64,000 nucleotides of DNA from Candidatus Latescibacterota bacterium (GCA_965205975.1 OZ242195.1:5472001-5536000); one strand, 5' to 3'; shown: positions 20,520-30,291, counted from the first letter of the stretch. Notes: generated by a model not told the origin, from the letters alone. Made by a program: numbers and translations.

Positions 20520-21296
20520 TCAAAGATTTTTGTCGAGCCAGTCCAGGACGGTTGTCCACGCATTGCCCTGGGCGAGCAAATCGAGTCCACGTCCCGCGCC
20601 CTGGTAGCCGATTACGGCAGTAACTCCCCGGGTCAATTCAGACATGTTTTGGGACGAGGTATAGGCATATCCATCGCCAAAAGCTGCGAGATAGAGAATG
20701 TTGCGGGGTGTAAAATCGGGAATATTGGTACCAGTGAGAAATTCCTGAGCCTGGTTTACGCGAAATTCGGGCGAAACGGATACGGTTGCTTTGATATCGG
20801 GGAACAGACCCGCGCTCACAAAGGCGATATTGGCACCGATGTCTGTACCGATGACGCCGATGCGGTTGGGGTCGGCTTCTGCGCGGGTTTTGAGAAATGC
20901 AATTGCAGCGCCGACATCGAGCGGCATCTGGTTGAAGTCGTCAATGGAAAAGTTCTGGATTGCGACGGGTTGCCCATTGCGAAAGATGCTGTTGCCATGT
21001 CCGCGAAGGTCAAAGGCGAGTGCTATATAGCCCCGCTCGGCAACGAGTTCGGGAACAAAATCTGCCCATTGAACGTGATTTTCGTTAAATGGGTGGAGCA
21101 GGATGACTGCAGGGCGAGGTGCGGGGTGGTTGGGAGAATAAAAGAGTGTGCCAAATAACAGAAATCCGTCTGGCGTTTGAAATTGCACGGGTTCCAGGCG
21201 CGCGTGTTGGGCGATGAGGTCGGGTTCGGTGGGGGGCGGCGCAGTGGTGCTGCCGCATCCGATTAAAAATATTGCGATCCACAGATATTGGCGCAT
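20520..21296 (-). CDS. Alpha/beta-hydrolase-fold lipoprotein with a non-canonical active site
   Basis: Lipobox LIGC; AVILLH, AFDLRGHGNS and RIGVIGTDIGANIA motifs. Confidence 0.82.
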   Translation of the reverse strand: MRQYLWIAIFLIGCGSTTAPPPTEPDLIAQHARLEPVQFQTPDGFLLFGTLFYSPNHPAPRPAVILLHPFNENHVQWADFVPELVAERGYIALAFDLRGHGNSIFRNGQPVAIQNFSIDDFNQMPLDVGAAIAFLKTRAEADPNRIGVIGTDIGANIAFVSAGLFPDIKATVSVSPEFRVNQAQEFLTGTNIPDFTPRNILYLAAFGDGYAYTSSQNMSELTRGVTAVIGYQGAGRGLDLLAQGNAWTTVLDWLDKNL

Positions 21297-21431
21297 GATA
21301 CTATCCTTTGATCAGTTTTATTTTTGACTATTATAGACAAGTGTTTGTTCCTCGGAATCATGGGAACATAAGGCAATTAGATTAGAATAGCAAGGCGAGC
21401 AAGCAAGCATACCCTATTTTAAGGAGGAAAG

Positions 21432-21602
21432 ATGCCAGAACTTACGCGCTATGATTTGATTTTGATGGCGATTACCAGTGGGCTTTTTATCGTGGGATTG
21501 TGGTGTACGATTTTTGCCTTTCTCTATGGATTTATGAAGCGATTAGATCAGATTATTTTGCTATTACAGCAGGCGAATCGAGATGCCGATGCGGATTCTT
21601 GA
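21432..21602 (+). CDS. Small single-TM protein (56 aa)
   Basis: AAGGAGG RBS; MPELTRYDLILMAITSGLFIVGLWCTIFAFLYGFMKRLDQIILLLQQANRDADADS; below the ORF-track cutoff. Confidence 0.65.
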   Translation: MPELTRYDLILMAITSGLFIVGLWCTIFAFLYGFMKRLDQIILLLQQANRDADADS

Positions 21603-21678
21603 GAATGGTTGCCTATTTCATCGTGGGCATTTATATTGGACAAAATAGTTCCAAAAACAAATTCAGAAAGGACTATGA

Positions 21679-23076
21679 ATGGGCAAACCGAATATTTTGA
21701 TGATTATGACTGATCAGCAGCGGTGGGATGCGCTGAGTTGTGTGAGCGACTGGCTGGAGACGCCCAATATGGATCGCATTGCGGCAGAGGGCGTGCGGTT
21801 TTCAAATTGTGTGAGCAATTCGCCGGTGTGTATTCCAACGCGGTTGAGTCTGGCGACCGGACACTATCCGCACAATACGGGGGTGTGGGATAATCAGAAC
21901 CACACGTTATCGCCAGATTGTCCAACGTGGATGCAGGCAGTGCGCGATGCGGGGTATCGCACGAGTCTGTTTGGCAAGACGCATTTACACCCGCACGGAG
22001 GCGATTTGAGGGATCGCGAGCATCTGATGCACAGTTATGGGCTTGATGATGTGGATGAAATTGGCGGGCCGAGGGCGAGCGCGCGATGTTTGTCGTACAT
22101 GACGGCGATGTGGGAAGAGAAGGGGTTGTGGGATGCGTATCAGGCAGATTTCGATGAGCGTTTTAGCAATAAACCCTGGGTGACGCGGCCATCGACATTG
22201 CCTTTTGAAGATTATGCAGATGTGTATGTGGGGCAGCAGGCGAAGAAGTATCTGGCGGGATATGACCGCGATCAACCGTGGTTCTGTTGGGTGAGTTTTG
22301 GGGGGCCGCACGAACCGTGGGATACGCCAGAACCCCATTACAGCCGGTACAATCCGGAAGATATGCCCGATCCGGTTGCTCCGATAGAGGATGATCGCGA
22401 GCGTCCACAGGGTTTGTTAGATGCCAAGCAAAAGATACCGTTTGAACCGGGAGAAGAGAAATTGTTGCGCGCAAATTACGCGGGCAATGTCACGTTGATC
22501 GACGATCAGATTGGCGAGATTTTCGATGTGATTGAAAAGCGCGGCGAGATGGATAATACGGTCGTTGTGCTGATGTCGGATCACGGCGAGATGAATGGGG
22601 ATTACGGTTTTATTTATAAGAGCAATCTTTTAAATGGTGCGGTGCGGGTTCCCCTGCTGATTCGCACGCCCGAGACGGCGAGTGGTGATGTCGCTGGTTC
22701 TGTATGTGATAGTCCGATTGAGTGGTTTGATGTGGGGCCAACGCTGGTCGAGCTTGCAGGTGGTGAACTGAATTTCAGGCAGTTTGCCAAATCGGCCTGT
22801 CCCGTTCTCGAAGATCCGACGCGAGAACACCGCACAGAAGCGATATCGGAATACGGCGGGGAAATTATGTTGTTGAATCGCGAATGGAAGATTGTGCTGA
22901 ATCGCGAAGGGCAGCCCTATTTGCTTTTCGATGTGCAAGAAGATCCCGGTGAGGTGAATAATCTCGCGGGTTTGCCCGAGATGGCCGAGGTTGAGAATCA
23001 ACTGCGCCTGCGGATTCTCGATCGCGTGGCTTCGTCACAGGCTTTGTCAGGGGCGCATTTTGCGTTGGGGACATGA
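21679..23076 (+). CDS. Sulfatase (formylglycine-dependent family)
   Basis: KPNIL.IMTDQQR, CIPTR, GKTH and SDHGE motifs. Confidence 0.93.
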   Translation: MGKPNILMIMTDQQRWDALSCVSDWLETPNMDRIAAEGVRFSNCVSNSPVCIPTRLSLATGHYPHNTGVWDNQNHTLSPDCPTWMQAVRDAGYRTSLFGKTHLHPHGGDLRDREHLMHSYGLDDVDEIGGPRASARCLSYMTAMWEEKGLWDAYQADFDERFSNKPWVTRPSTLPFEDYADVYVGQQAKKYLAGYDRDQPWFCWVSFGGPHEPWDTPEPHYSRYNPEDMPDPVAPIEDDRERPQGLLDAKQKIPFEPGEEKLLRANYAGNVTLIDDQIGEIFDVIEKRGEMDNTVVVLMSDHGEMNGDYGFIYKSNLLNGAVRVPLLIRTPETASGDVAGSVCDSPIEWFDVGPTLVELAGGELNFRQFAKSACPVLEDPTREHRTEAISEYGGEIMLLNREWKIVLNREGQPYLLFDVQEDPGEVNNLAGLPEMAEVENQLRLRILDRVASSQALSGAHFALGT

Positions 23077-23085
23077 GGAGAGATT

Positions 23086-24579
23086 ATGTTTCAGAGCAGG
23101 CCCCATATCATTTTTGTGATTACAGATCAGCAACGTTTTGATACTATCCATGCTTGGGGATATGATTATATGGTGACGCCCACGCTGGATCGGCTCGCGT
23201 ATGAGAGTGTGTCTTTTCGGCAGGCGTATTGTCCCGGTGCGACGTGTGTGGCGTCTCGGGCGGCGATTTTTACGGGTATGTACCCGCATACGACGGGCGT
23301 TTATAGTTTTGATCACTGGGCGAATCACCGCAATTGGGTGCAGGATTTATCGGATGCGGGCTACTATTGCGTGAATATTGGCAAGATGCACCTGACGCCG
23401 CGCGATGTTCCGGGTGGATTTCACGAGCGCGTTATTGTGGAAAATCCCACCAATAAGGCGCTGGACGGTGGCGGGGCAGATGACGATTGGGGCAGGTACA
23501 TGACGTTTCACAATGTGAAGCGGCCCAATGATCGCAATAAGGCAGATCCCGAGTGGCTCAGTAAGTGTCAGGGGGTTGTGTGGCACGAGGAGGAGCAGTT
23601 TCACAGCGATGTGTTTATCGGGAATTCCGCGTTGAACTGGATTCGCAATCACCAGGGCGATAATCCGCTGTTTCTGCAGGTTGGATTTACGGGACCTCAC
23701 GAGCCATGGGATCCCTTGCCGCGACATCTGGATCTGTATCGCGACCGAGATATGCCGCCGTGTGTGAAGCGGGATGGGGAGTTGGAAGAGAAGCCACCGC
23801 AACATGCGGCGCATCTGGATATGCACGCGACGACCGATCACGAATCGCAAATCGATTTGCGCGGGCGCACAGATGATGAACTCGCACAGATGAAGCGGCA
23901 TTATTACGGGAATATTTCGACGGTTGATGAAAAGCTGGGCGAGATTCTGGATGCGCTGCAAGCGCGGGGGTGGTTGGAGAATAGTTTGTTGATTTTTTGT
24001 TCCGATCACGGCGAGATGCTGGGCGATCACGGGTTGGCGTATAAGTGGTTGATGTACGATCCGATTGTGCATATTCCGCTGATGATTCGCACGCCGCAGT
24101 CTGTTGATCGTCCCGGCGAAACGCGCGATCTGGTTTCGCTTATGGATCTGGGTCCTACGATCCTGAAGGCTGCGGGGGTAGCTGTTCCGACCTATTTGGA
24201 GGGGCGTTCTTTGATGCCGTATTTGAATGGGGAGACGCCTGAGCCTCGCAAATACGTTTTTTGCGAGGATAATTATCAGGTTATGATGCGGTCACAGACC
24301 CATAAGATGGTGTATTATATCGGGCAATCAGAAGGCGAGTTGTACGATTTAAACCGCGATCCCGGAGAGTTGTGGAATGTTTGGGATAGGTCTGAATACG
24401 CCGCTGTGAAAGGCGAGATGTTTGCGGATTTGCTCGGCTGGATGGCGACGAGCAATTATTACAATGCCGGATACAAGCGCCAGCGCAGCAAGCAATACGG
24501 CATGCGATGGCCCTCGGAAAACGACGCGTATTTGCACGGGCGCAAAGGGCAACCAAAACCCCGAGTTGTCGATTTGTAG
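23086..24579 (+). CDS. Sulfatase-like hydrolase with a CxAxR motif
   Basis: RPHII...TDQQR, CVASR, GKMH and SDHGE motifs. Confidence 0.9.
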   Translation: MFQSRPHIIFVITDQQRFDTIHAWGYDYMVTPTLDRLAYESVSFRQAYCPGATCVASRAAIFTGMYPHTTGVYSFDHWANHRNWVQDLSDAGYYCVNIGKMHLTPRDVPGGFHERVIVENPTNKALDGGGADDDWGRYMTFHNVKRPNDRNKADPEWLSKCQGVVWHEEEQFHSDVFIGNSALNWIRNHQGDNPLFLQVGFTGPHEPWDPLPRHLDLYRDRDMPPCVKRDGELEEKPPQHAAHLDMHATTDHESQIDLRGRTDDELAQMKRHYYGNISTVDEKLGEILDALQARGWLENSLLIFCSDHGEMLGDHGLAYKWLMYDPIVHIPLMIRTPQSVDRPGETRDLVSLMDLGPTILKAAGVAVPTYLEGRSLMPYLNGETPEPRKYVFCEDNYQVMMRSQTHKMVYYIGQSEGELYDLNRDPGELWNVWDRSEYAAVKGEMFADLLGWMATSNYYNAGYKRQRSKQYGMRWPSENDAYLHGRKGQPKPRVVDL

Positions 24580-24618
24580 AGGTGGTTGCCCAGGAAATTG
24601 TCAGAAGTTATTGCAAAA

Positions 24619-26241
24619 TCAAAACTCGTCCAGCCGCTTCCGAAGTCTTGCTGTTTCAAGTGTGTTCTCTGATGCGACGGATGAGGGTATCATATTTAAA
24701 ATTTGACGTGCTTTTTTCGGTTGGTTTCTGTCGAGTAACGCCGCCGCATACACCAGGTATGGCTGGGCGGTTTCGGCTTTCATGGGCTGAGAATCAAACT
24801 GCGTAAAAACGCGTTCCGCTGTTGCGAGATCATCCAGCGTTATTAGATAGTCTATGAGTTGGCTTGCCAATGCGCCCGAACCCGGCTGGGCATCAAAGGC
24901 TCTTTTTAAGTGTGAAAGTGCCGCGTCACGCTCGCCTGTTGACCACAGCAACGTACTTTCTCTCAAAGCATGAATAACCTTGTAACGCGGATGAGCAGGC
25001 AGGATAACGCGAAAATACGTCCGCCCTTCATCGTAGTCGAATAGCGGTTCTGGAGACCCATTTTCTGCCATTCGACGGCGAATTTTGGGCAGTCCTGTTC
25101 CCCGGCCTTCGGCCAGTCTCAATTCTTTTAAAAACTCACCTATTCGGCGATTTCGCGCAGGTACAGGAGGTACAACACCATCCCGAACGAGATGATGTGC
25201 CTCAATGCCTTGAAGCGGTCCTGGATAACTGATTATCTCTATGCGATCCGGGTATAGATATATCTTCGTGGGTTCGCGCAGGTTGTCATAAGAACGATGA
25301 TATACGGCGTTGACGACTGCTTCCTCCATCGCTTCGTAGGGATATGTGACCGCGCGATCTACTTCGGCCTCTCGCGGTCGTTTTTTTAGCATAACGTCTG
25401 TGAGTGAATTGAGGTGGTCTAAAGTGAGTTTGATCTGTTCGTTGAGCGGTCCAGTAATTATTCTCTCTTCAATTAAATCGCCTCCCGTATCGTCACCAAA
25501 CTGCACAATCTCGATTCGCGCACCGTCAAAGAAACTATCCGGGGTCTCGTTGAAGAACAGGATGGCTGCGTTGCGCGGCGCGTAGTGGTCATTGAGGCGG
25601 ACGACGATTCGCATCCGCTGATACAGGTCGCTATCTGCGACATTTGTTCCGGTCTGTATCAAATCGCTTCGTACATCCGAAAGAAATCGGCGGACCAGCG
25701 TAGGAGATATGTCCTCGACTTTGGCGATTAGGCTACGCCGGTCGTCGAACGGTATCCGTGCTGTTTGCTCTATGAGCTGAGTGCGTATTTCACCCCTCGC
25801 TTCGACAGTGCTGGAGCCTTGCCGCACGTAGTATTCCCGTTCGCCACTGCGTCCGCGTTTCGGAGCTTGATAGGGCCGATTATCGCCGCCGGGTGCCCAA
25901 ATAATCAGTATCGTCTCACCGTGGTATGTTTCGGGGAATACGAGTGGCTGGTACATGGGATCAATGCGATTACACTGTCCGTATATCTCTCTTTGGATAT
26001 GATCGAGATCGAGATGACCGAGACCACGCGGGGGCAATATGGGGAGGCCCTGTTCATCTGTGTCGATACCCAGGATGACATACCCGCCGTTTAGATTGAG
26101 CAAGTCATTCGCAAATGCACACACGCTCCGAACAACCGATTCCTTTACGGCGTCATTCCAGGTTGCTTTGAACTCTCTGCGGTTGTCTTCAACCGATCTG
26201 GCGTGGATCAGATTATCAATATTGATTGGCACACCTTGCAT
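24619..26241 (-). CDS. Schlafen/AlbA_2 domain plus RecG-C/HATPase_c_4-type region plus C-terminal TPR-like protein
   Basis: REFKATW..SVCAFAND..GGYVILGI; YPYEAMEEAVVNAVYHRSY; RNRRIGEFLKEL.LAEGRGTG; helical repeat-like tail. Confidence 0.8.
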   Translation of the reverse strand: MQGVPINIDNLIHARSVEDNRREFKATWNDAVKESVVRSVCAFANDLLNLNGGYVILGIDTDEQGLPILPPRGLGHLDLDHIQREIYGQCNRIDPMYQPLVFPETYHGETILIIWAPGGDNRPYQAPKRGRSGEREYYVRQGSSTVEARGEIRTQLIEQTARIPFDDRRSLIAKVEDISPTLVRRFLSDVRSDLIQTGTNVADSDLYQRMRIVVRLNDHYAPRNAAILFFNETPDSFFDGARIEIVQFGDDTGGDLIEERIITGPLNEQIKLTLDHLNSLTDVMLKKRPREAEVDRAVTYPYEAMEEAVVNAVYHRSYDNLREPTKIYLYPDRIEIISYPGPLQGIEAHHLVRDGVVPPVPARNRRIGEFLKELRLAEGRGTGLPKIRRRMAENGSPEPLFDYDEGRTYFRVILPAHPRYKVIHALRESTLLWSTGERDAALSHLKRAFDAQPGSGALASQLIDYLITLDDLATAERVFTQFDSQPMKAETAQPYLVYAAALLDRNQPKKARQILNMIPSSVASENTLETARLRKRLDEF

Positions 26242-26360
26242 GGAGCCCTTACCCGATCTGTGATACTGCGAGAAGTTTTGTGAAGGCGAACGCTTGTCGT
26301 GAACAAAATATGCGATCACAGCAAAAAGTCAATGGCCTCCTGAATATAATTGGACAATGA

Positions 26361-26460
26361 GAGGGTCAGTGGCGTATTCGGCATGGCGACTATCGTCTGC
26401 GTTACATTCGGCCAGAAAGTTGTTTTGTACTCGTTTCGTCATCGTAGAGAAGTATATTGA
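26361..26460 (+). pseudogene. RelE/ParE toxin 3' remnant, frameshifted
   Basis: EGQWRIRHGDYRLRY, then a frame change to FGQKVVLYSFRHRREVY*; typical RelE C-terminus with no intact 5' part. Confidence 0.75.
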
Positions 26461-26477
26461 CCGTTCAGCGAGAACAA

Positions 26478-26512
26478 AAGAAGCCCTCCTGTGGGAATAG
26501 GAGGGCTTTTCT
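26478..26512. terminator. Intrinsic terminator
   Basis: AGAAGCCCTCCTG-tgggaa-TAGGAGGGCTTTT. Confidence 0.7.
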
Positions 26513-26532
26513 ATTTAATATTTCCTTTTTAT

Positions 26533-27729
26533 TTATACAGAGACGACTTGTCGCGCGTCTTCGATCTCGGCGTCGAGATTGCCCGATAGGTCGTTGTTGT
26601 TGAGGTGTATGCGGTCGGCTTTTTCGCCGATGTGAACGCCTATGCGTTGTGTTGCAGTTTCGTCGTTGCCAATGCGATTATTTGTGAAGGTGAGGTCGTG
26701 GGTTTCGCCCAGGATGCGTATGCCATAGCCTTTGTTTTTGTCGCCGTTGTCGAGGATCTGATTGTTCTCAAAGGTGTTGCGGTGTCCGCCCATGGGTTCG
26801 GATTCGTTGCGGAAGAGTATGCCTTCACAGCCGTTGCGCAATGATCGGTTGTTGGAAAACACATTGTCGGTGTCTTTGTGACCAATGGAGATGCCCGTGT
26901 CGCCGTTGCCGATGAGGGCGTTGTTTTCAAAGATGCCGTGTTTTACGCGCCAGCACAGGAAGAGACCAATGCGCCCGTTGTTTTCCGAGCGGCAGTTGCG
27001 GATCACAGGATGCTGGCTGCCGCTGCCCGGGTGCAGGCCCAGGTGGGTGTTGTCCGTGCAGGTGCAGTTTTCAACTGTGACGTGCTGGCTCTGCTGGAAG
27101 CTGATGCCGTCGCCGTGATAATTTTTGATCGCGCAGTTTTGCAGAACGGTATAGTGCCCGCGGTAGAGGAATATGCCGGCACCGCGGCAACCGTTGAGGT
27201 GCGGATTGTTTTCGCGGTTGCCATCTACAGTCAGATTTTCGATCCGGGCATTTTCGATGTGGTAGCCGCTGATGACCGGGAAGGTGGTTGCAGCGCGCGC
27301 ATTGCGAGAGACGAGGTAGTCGCCTCCCATGGGTACATTGACGCCAAAGGTGTTGTCCTTTTGCCAGAGGATGGTGCCGACGGCGGTGTGAAATCCACCG
27401 CCCTGATCATCCGTGATGCTGACGCCATAGCCCACTTTGAATCCATCGGGATTTTCAAGGGTGATTTGTTCTTCGCCAAAATCTCCGTCGAGGAGAAGCG
27501 AGGTCTCAACGCCATCTGACTTCCGCAATGTGGTATTTTCTCCCTGTCCTCTGACTGTGATATTGCTGCGAAGATGGAGCGCGTCGCGCATGATGTACGT
27601 GCCGGATAGGATTTCAACCGTGCCTCCGCCGAGTGTGGCGATGTAATCGACAGCAGCTTGCAACGCGCGATTGTCATTGCCGATAATGTCGGCGTTTTTT
27701 TGTCCGACGGTGATGTGTAAGCCAGTCAT
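26533..27729 (-). CDS. Right-handed parallel beta-helix repeat protein (pectin-lyase-like fold)
   Basis: ALQAAVD..GGGTV..G.Y N-terminus followed by multiple PbH1-like N-G-x-GI repeats. Confidence 0.85.
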   Translation of the reverse strand: MTGLHITVGQKNADIIGNDNRALQAAVDYIATLGGGTVEILSGTYIMRDALHLRSNITVRGQGENTTLRKSDGVETSLLLDGDFGEEQITLENPDGFKVGYGVSITDDQGGGFHTAVGTILWQKDNTFGVNVPMGGDYLVSRNARAATTFPVISGYHIENARIENLTVDGNRENNPHLNGCRGAGIFLYRGHYTVLQNCAIKNYHGDGISFQQSQHVTVENCTCTDNTHLGLHPGSGSQHPVIRNCRSENNGRIGLFLCWRVKHGIFENNALIGNGDTGISIGHKDTDNVFSNNRSLRNGCEGILFRNESEPMGGHRNTFENNQILDNGDKNKGYGIRILGETHDLTFTNNRIGNDETATQRIGVHIGEKADRIHLNNNDLSGNLDAEIEDARQVVSV

Positions 27730-27744
27730 GAGAATCTCCGTGGA

Positions 27745-28788
27745 TTAATCGATGCGAATTTCTCGTCCGGTTTCGCCGCTTTCGAGCACGGCTTCCATCA
27801 TTTGTTGCACTTGATATCCGTGGCGCAGGGGTGCTTCGCAGGTTTTACCGTCGAGGATGCAGTCTATAAAGTGGCCCGCAATGCGGTCCCATGCCTGGGT
27901 TGCAAGTGGAATATCTACGGCGATATCGTGTGGGACGCCGTCCTGTGTTTTGTAGATTTTGAGCGGACGGAATTGCGCGCCTGCTTCGTCGCCAAAGAGT
28001 TCGATCTGGAGTTCGTTGGGCTGGTGCGATGCCCAGAAGCTTTCGACCTGGAGACCCGCGCCGTTTTCAAAGCGGATGAATCCGCCGGCATAGTCGTCTG
28101 CGGCGTATTGTTCGTAGGTGCTGCGCGGGACTTGTCTAAAGCCCCAGTAGCCGCGTCCTCGCGGCCCAAATTTTGCGCCGCACACGCCTGTGACGGTGAC
28201 GGGTTTGGGCATGCCGAGTAAGTACCACACGGCGTCGAGGACGTGGACGCCCATGTCGCGGAATGCGCCGCCGCCTTTTTGGATGAATCCGAGGTTCCAC
28301 GCAGGGATGCCGCTTCGGCGCACGCTGCGGGCGCGGGCGTAGTACAGGTCCCCAAAATAGCCTTCGCGTGCGAGGTTGCCCAGGTACTGGCACTGGTCGG
28401 AAAATCGGGTGGAGAGCGACATCATGTTGACGACGCCAGATGCTTCGGCGGCTTCGACGAGTTTTTGTGCTGCCTGCTCAGAGTCCGAGAGCGGTTTGGT
28501 GACCATGACGTGTTTGTCGTTTTTGACGGCTTCGAGTGCGACGGGCACATGCCACTGGTTTGGGGTGCCTACAAATACCGCGTCAATGTCGGGGGCTTTG
28601 CACATTTCTTTGTAATCGGTGTAGAATTTTTGTTCGCCGGGCAGTTCGCTGGCAAATTCTTCCATTCTTTCGGGTATGAGGTCGCATAGTGCGACGACTT
28701 CGCCGCGATCATTTTTCGCAAGGGCGCGGCCATTGGGTTTTCCAATGCCCATACCGACGACGCATACGCGGACTTTTTTTTCTGGCAT
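27745..28788 (-). CDS. Gfo/Idh/MocA oxidoreductase
   Basis: VVGMGIG, KHVMVTKP and GGGAFRDMGVH motifs. Confidence 0.9.
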   Translation of the reverse strand: MPEKKVRVCVVGMGIGKPNGRALAKNDRGEVVALCDLIPERMEEFASELPGEQKFYTDYKEMCKAPDIDAVFVGTPNQWHVPVALEAVKNDKHVMVTKPLSDSEQAAQKLVEAAEASGVVNMMSLSTRFSDQCQYLGNLAREGYFGDLYYARARSVRRSGIPAWNLGFIQKGGGAFRDMGVHVLDAVWYLLGMPKPVTVTGVCGAKFGPRGRGYWGFRQVPRSTYEQYAADDYAGGFIRFENGAGLQVESFWASHQPNELQIELFGDEAGAQFRPLKIYKTQDGVPHDIAVDIPLATQAWDRIAGHFIDCILDGKTCEAPLRHGYQVQQMMEAVLESGETGREIRID

Positions 28789-28888
28789 GATGCACTCCTG
28801 TTGTTAAATTGGGTTGATTTTAAAAATGCGCCCTGTATTATGCGAACAAAGCGGGAGAATTACCAACAAAATTTTAGAGAAGAGGGAG

Positions 28889-28956
28889 CGAATAGACGAA
28901 TAGACGAATAGACGAATAGACGAATAGACGAATAGACGAATAGACGAATAGACGAA
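28889..28956 (+). repeat. Perfect tandem octamer (CGAATAGA)x8.5
   Basis: Read directly; related copies at 33317-33340 and, inverted, at 44573-44610; inverted variant (TTGATTCG)x3 at 29022-29045. Confidence 0.95.
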
Positions 28957-29070
28957 CCCCGCTCAACCACCCAAAGCATGTGCTGACATGATGTAAGTCA
29001 GTATCGTTACAAACTCCGTCGTTGATTCGTTGATTCGTTGATTCGCGCTTTTTTTGAAAGGATATGTGTT

Positions 29071-30195
29071 ATGCTCACTCTGGAAGGTTGTCGTAGCAGG
29101 CAGCAGCGATTTCGCGCGCGTCTCTCCGAGGAGGGGATTGACGCGGTTATTATTTCAGATTATCGGGATATCTATTATTTGACCGGCGCGCTCTTGGGGG
29201 CATATCCCTCATTTTCTTTTCCCGCGCTTCTGTATTTGGAGACCGAGGGGGGATCGTGGCTGGCGTCAACGACTGACGAAGGGGATATGGCTGTGGATGA
29301 GCGCGTGGTTTACGATTCGCATGTGCTTTATACGATGAATCCCGATCCGATGCGCTTGCTGAATGCGGCGGTGGCGCAAAAGCTCCGCGATTGTCGGGGT
29401 GTTTCTCGTTTGGGCTGGCAGCAGGAAGGCACCCCCAGGTTGCTCGCCGATACGGTGGCCGATGCTCTGGGTGGCGAATGGGTGGGGATAGACGATTTGT
29501 TGATTGCACAGCAGATGAGTAAGGATGCCGATGAAGTTGCGATGTTGCAAAAGGCGATTGATATTAATCTGCGGGCTTATGACCGCGTGCAAGAGGTGAT
29601 TGCGCCAGGTGTAAATGAGCTGGATGTGCTCGCGGCGGGGCAACAAGTGGCGCTGCATGCGGCAGGTGAGGTGCTGCACCACGGGGGGGATTATCAATGC
29701 GGGCAGTTGGGTGGGCCTGCCAGAGACCGGATTATTGAAGATGGGGAGTTGTATGTTATCGACGCGCAGACAGAATATCACGGGTACTGGTCCGATTTGT
29801 GCCGCACCTTTGCCGTAGGCGATCCCACAGATTTGCAGGCGTCGGTGTACGATCTTTTGAAAGCTATTTTAGAGGATGTTCCCAATCTGGTAAGACCCGG
29901 TGGACGGGGAACTGCGCTGTGGCACGCGATTGATGAGAGAATCCGAGAGCATCCCCATTTGTCCGATATTGGGCTGATTCATCACGCGGGGCACGGCGTG
30001 GGGATTCGCGCGCACGAACCGCCCGATTTGAACCGGGACCGAGAGGGTATTTTTGAGGTGGGTACGGTTTTTTCCTGTGAACCGGGTGCGTATAGCGAGG
30101 CATTGAATGGGGGTATCCGTTTGGAGAATACGTTTTTGGTGACGGAAGACGGGGTGCAGAATCTGACGGATTATCCGTTGGTTTTGAAGCGGTGA
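29071..30195 (+). CDS. M24 (Xaa-Pro) metallopeptidase family protein
   Basis: GYWSDLCRT, HHAGHGVG..HE.P, EPG.Y and GIRLEN motifs. Confidence 0.9.
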   Translation: MLTLEGCRSRQQRFRARLSEEGIDAVIISDYRDIYYLTGALLGAYPSFSFPALLYLETEGGSWLASTTDEGDMAVDERVVYDSHVLYTMNPDPMRLLNAAVAQKLRDCRGVSRLGWQQEGTPRLLADTVADALGGEWVGIDDLLIAQQMSKDADEVAMLQKAIDINLRAYDRVQEVIAPGVNELDVLAAGQQVALHAAGEVLHHGGDYQCGQLGGPARDRIIEDGELYVIDAQTEYHGYWSDLCRTFAVGDPTDLQASVYDLLKAILEDVPNLVRPGGRGTALWHAIDERIREHPHLSDIGLIHHAGHGVGIRAHEPPDLNRDREGIFEVGTVFSCEPGAYSEALNGGIRLENTFLVTEDGVQNLTDYPLVLKR

Positions 30196-30200
30196 TGTAT

Positions 30201-30230
30201 CCGCAGATGAGCGCAGATAGACGCAGATAA
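30201..30230 (+). repeat. CGCAGAT-core ~10-nt triplet repeat (dispersed family)
   Basis: ccgcagatga gcgcagatag acgcagataa; near copies at 36166-36194 and 42027-42055. Confidence 0.85.
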
Positions 30231-30252
30231 TTGTAGAAATGTGAAGTGAGAT

Positions 30253-30276
30253 GTAGGGGCGAGGCATGCCTCGCCC
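30253..30276 (+). repeat. GTAG-type REP-like palindrome
   Basis: GTAG-GGGCGAGGCATGCCTCGCCC. Confidence 0.8.
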
Positions 30277-30291
30277 GTTTGAAACCCGATC

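Noticed and set aside
28889..28956. Possible CRISPR array
   Set aside because: It is a contiguous 8-bp tandem repeat with no spacers, and no cas genes are in the window.
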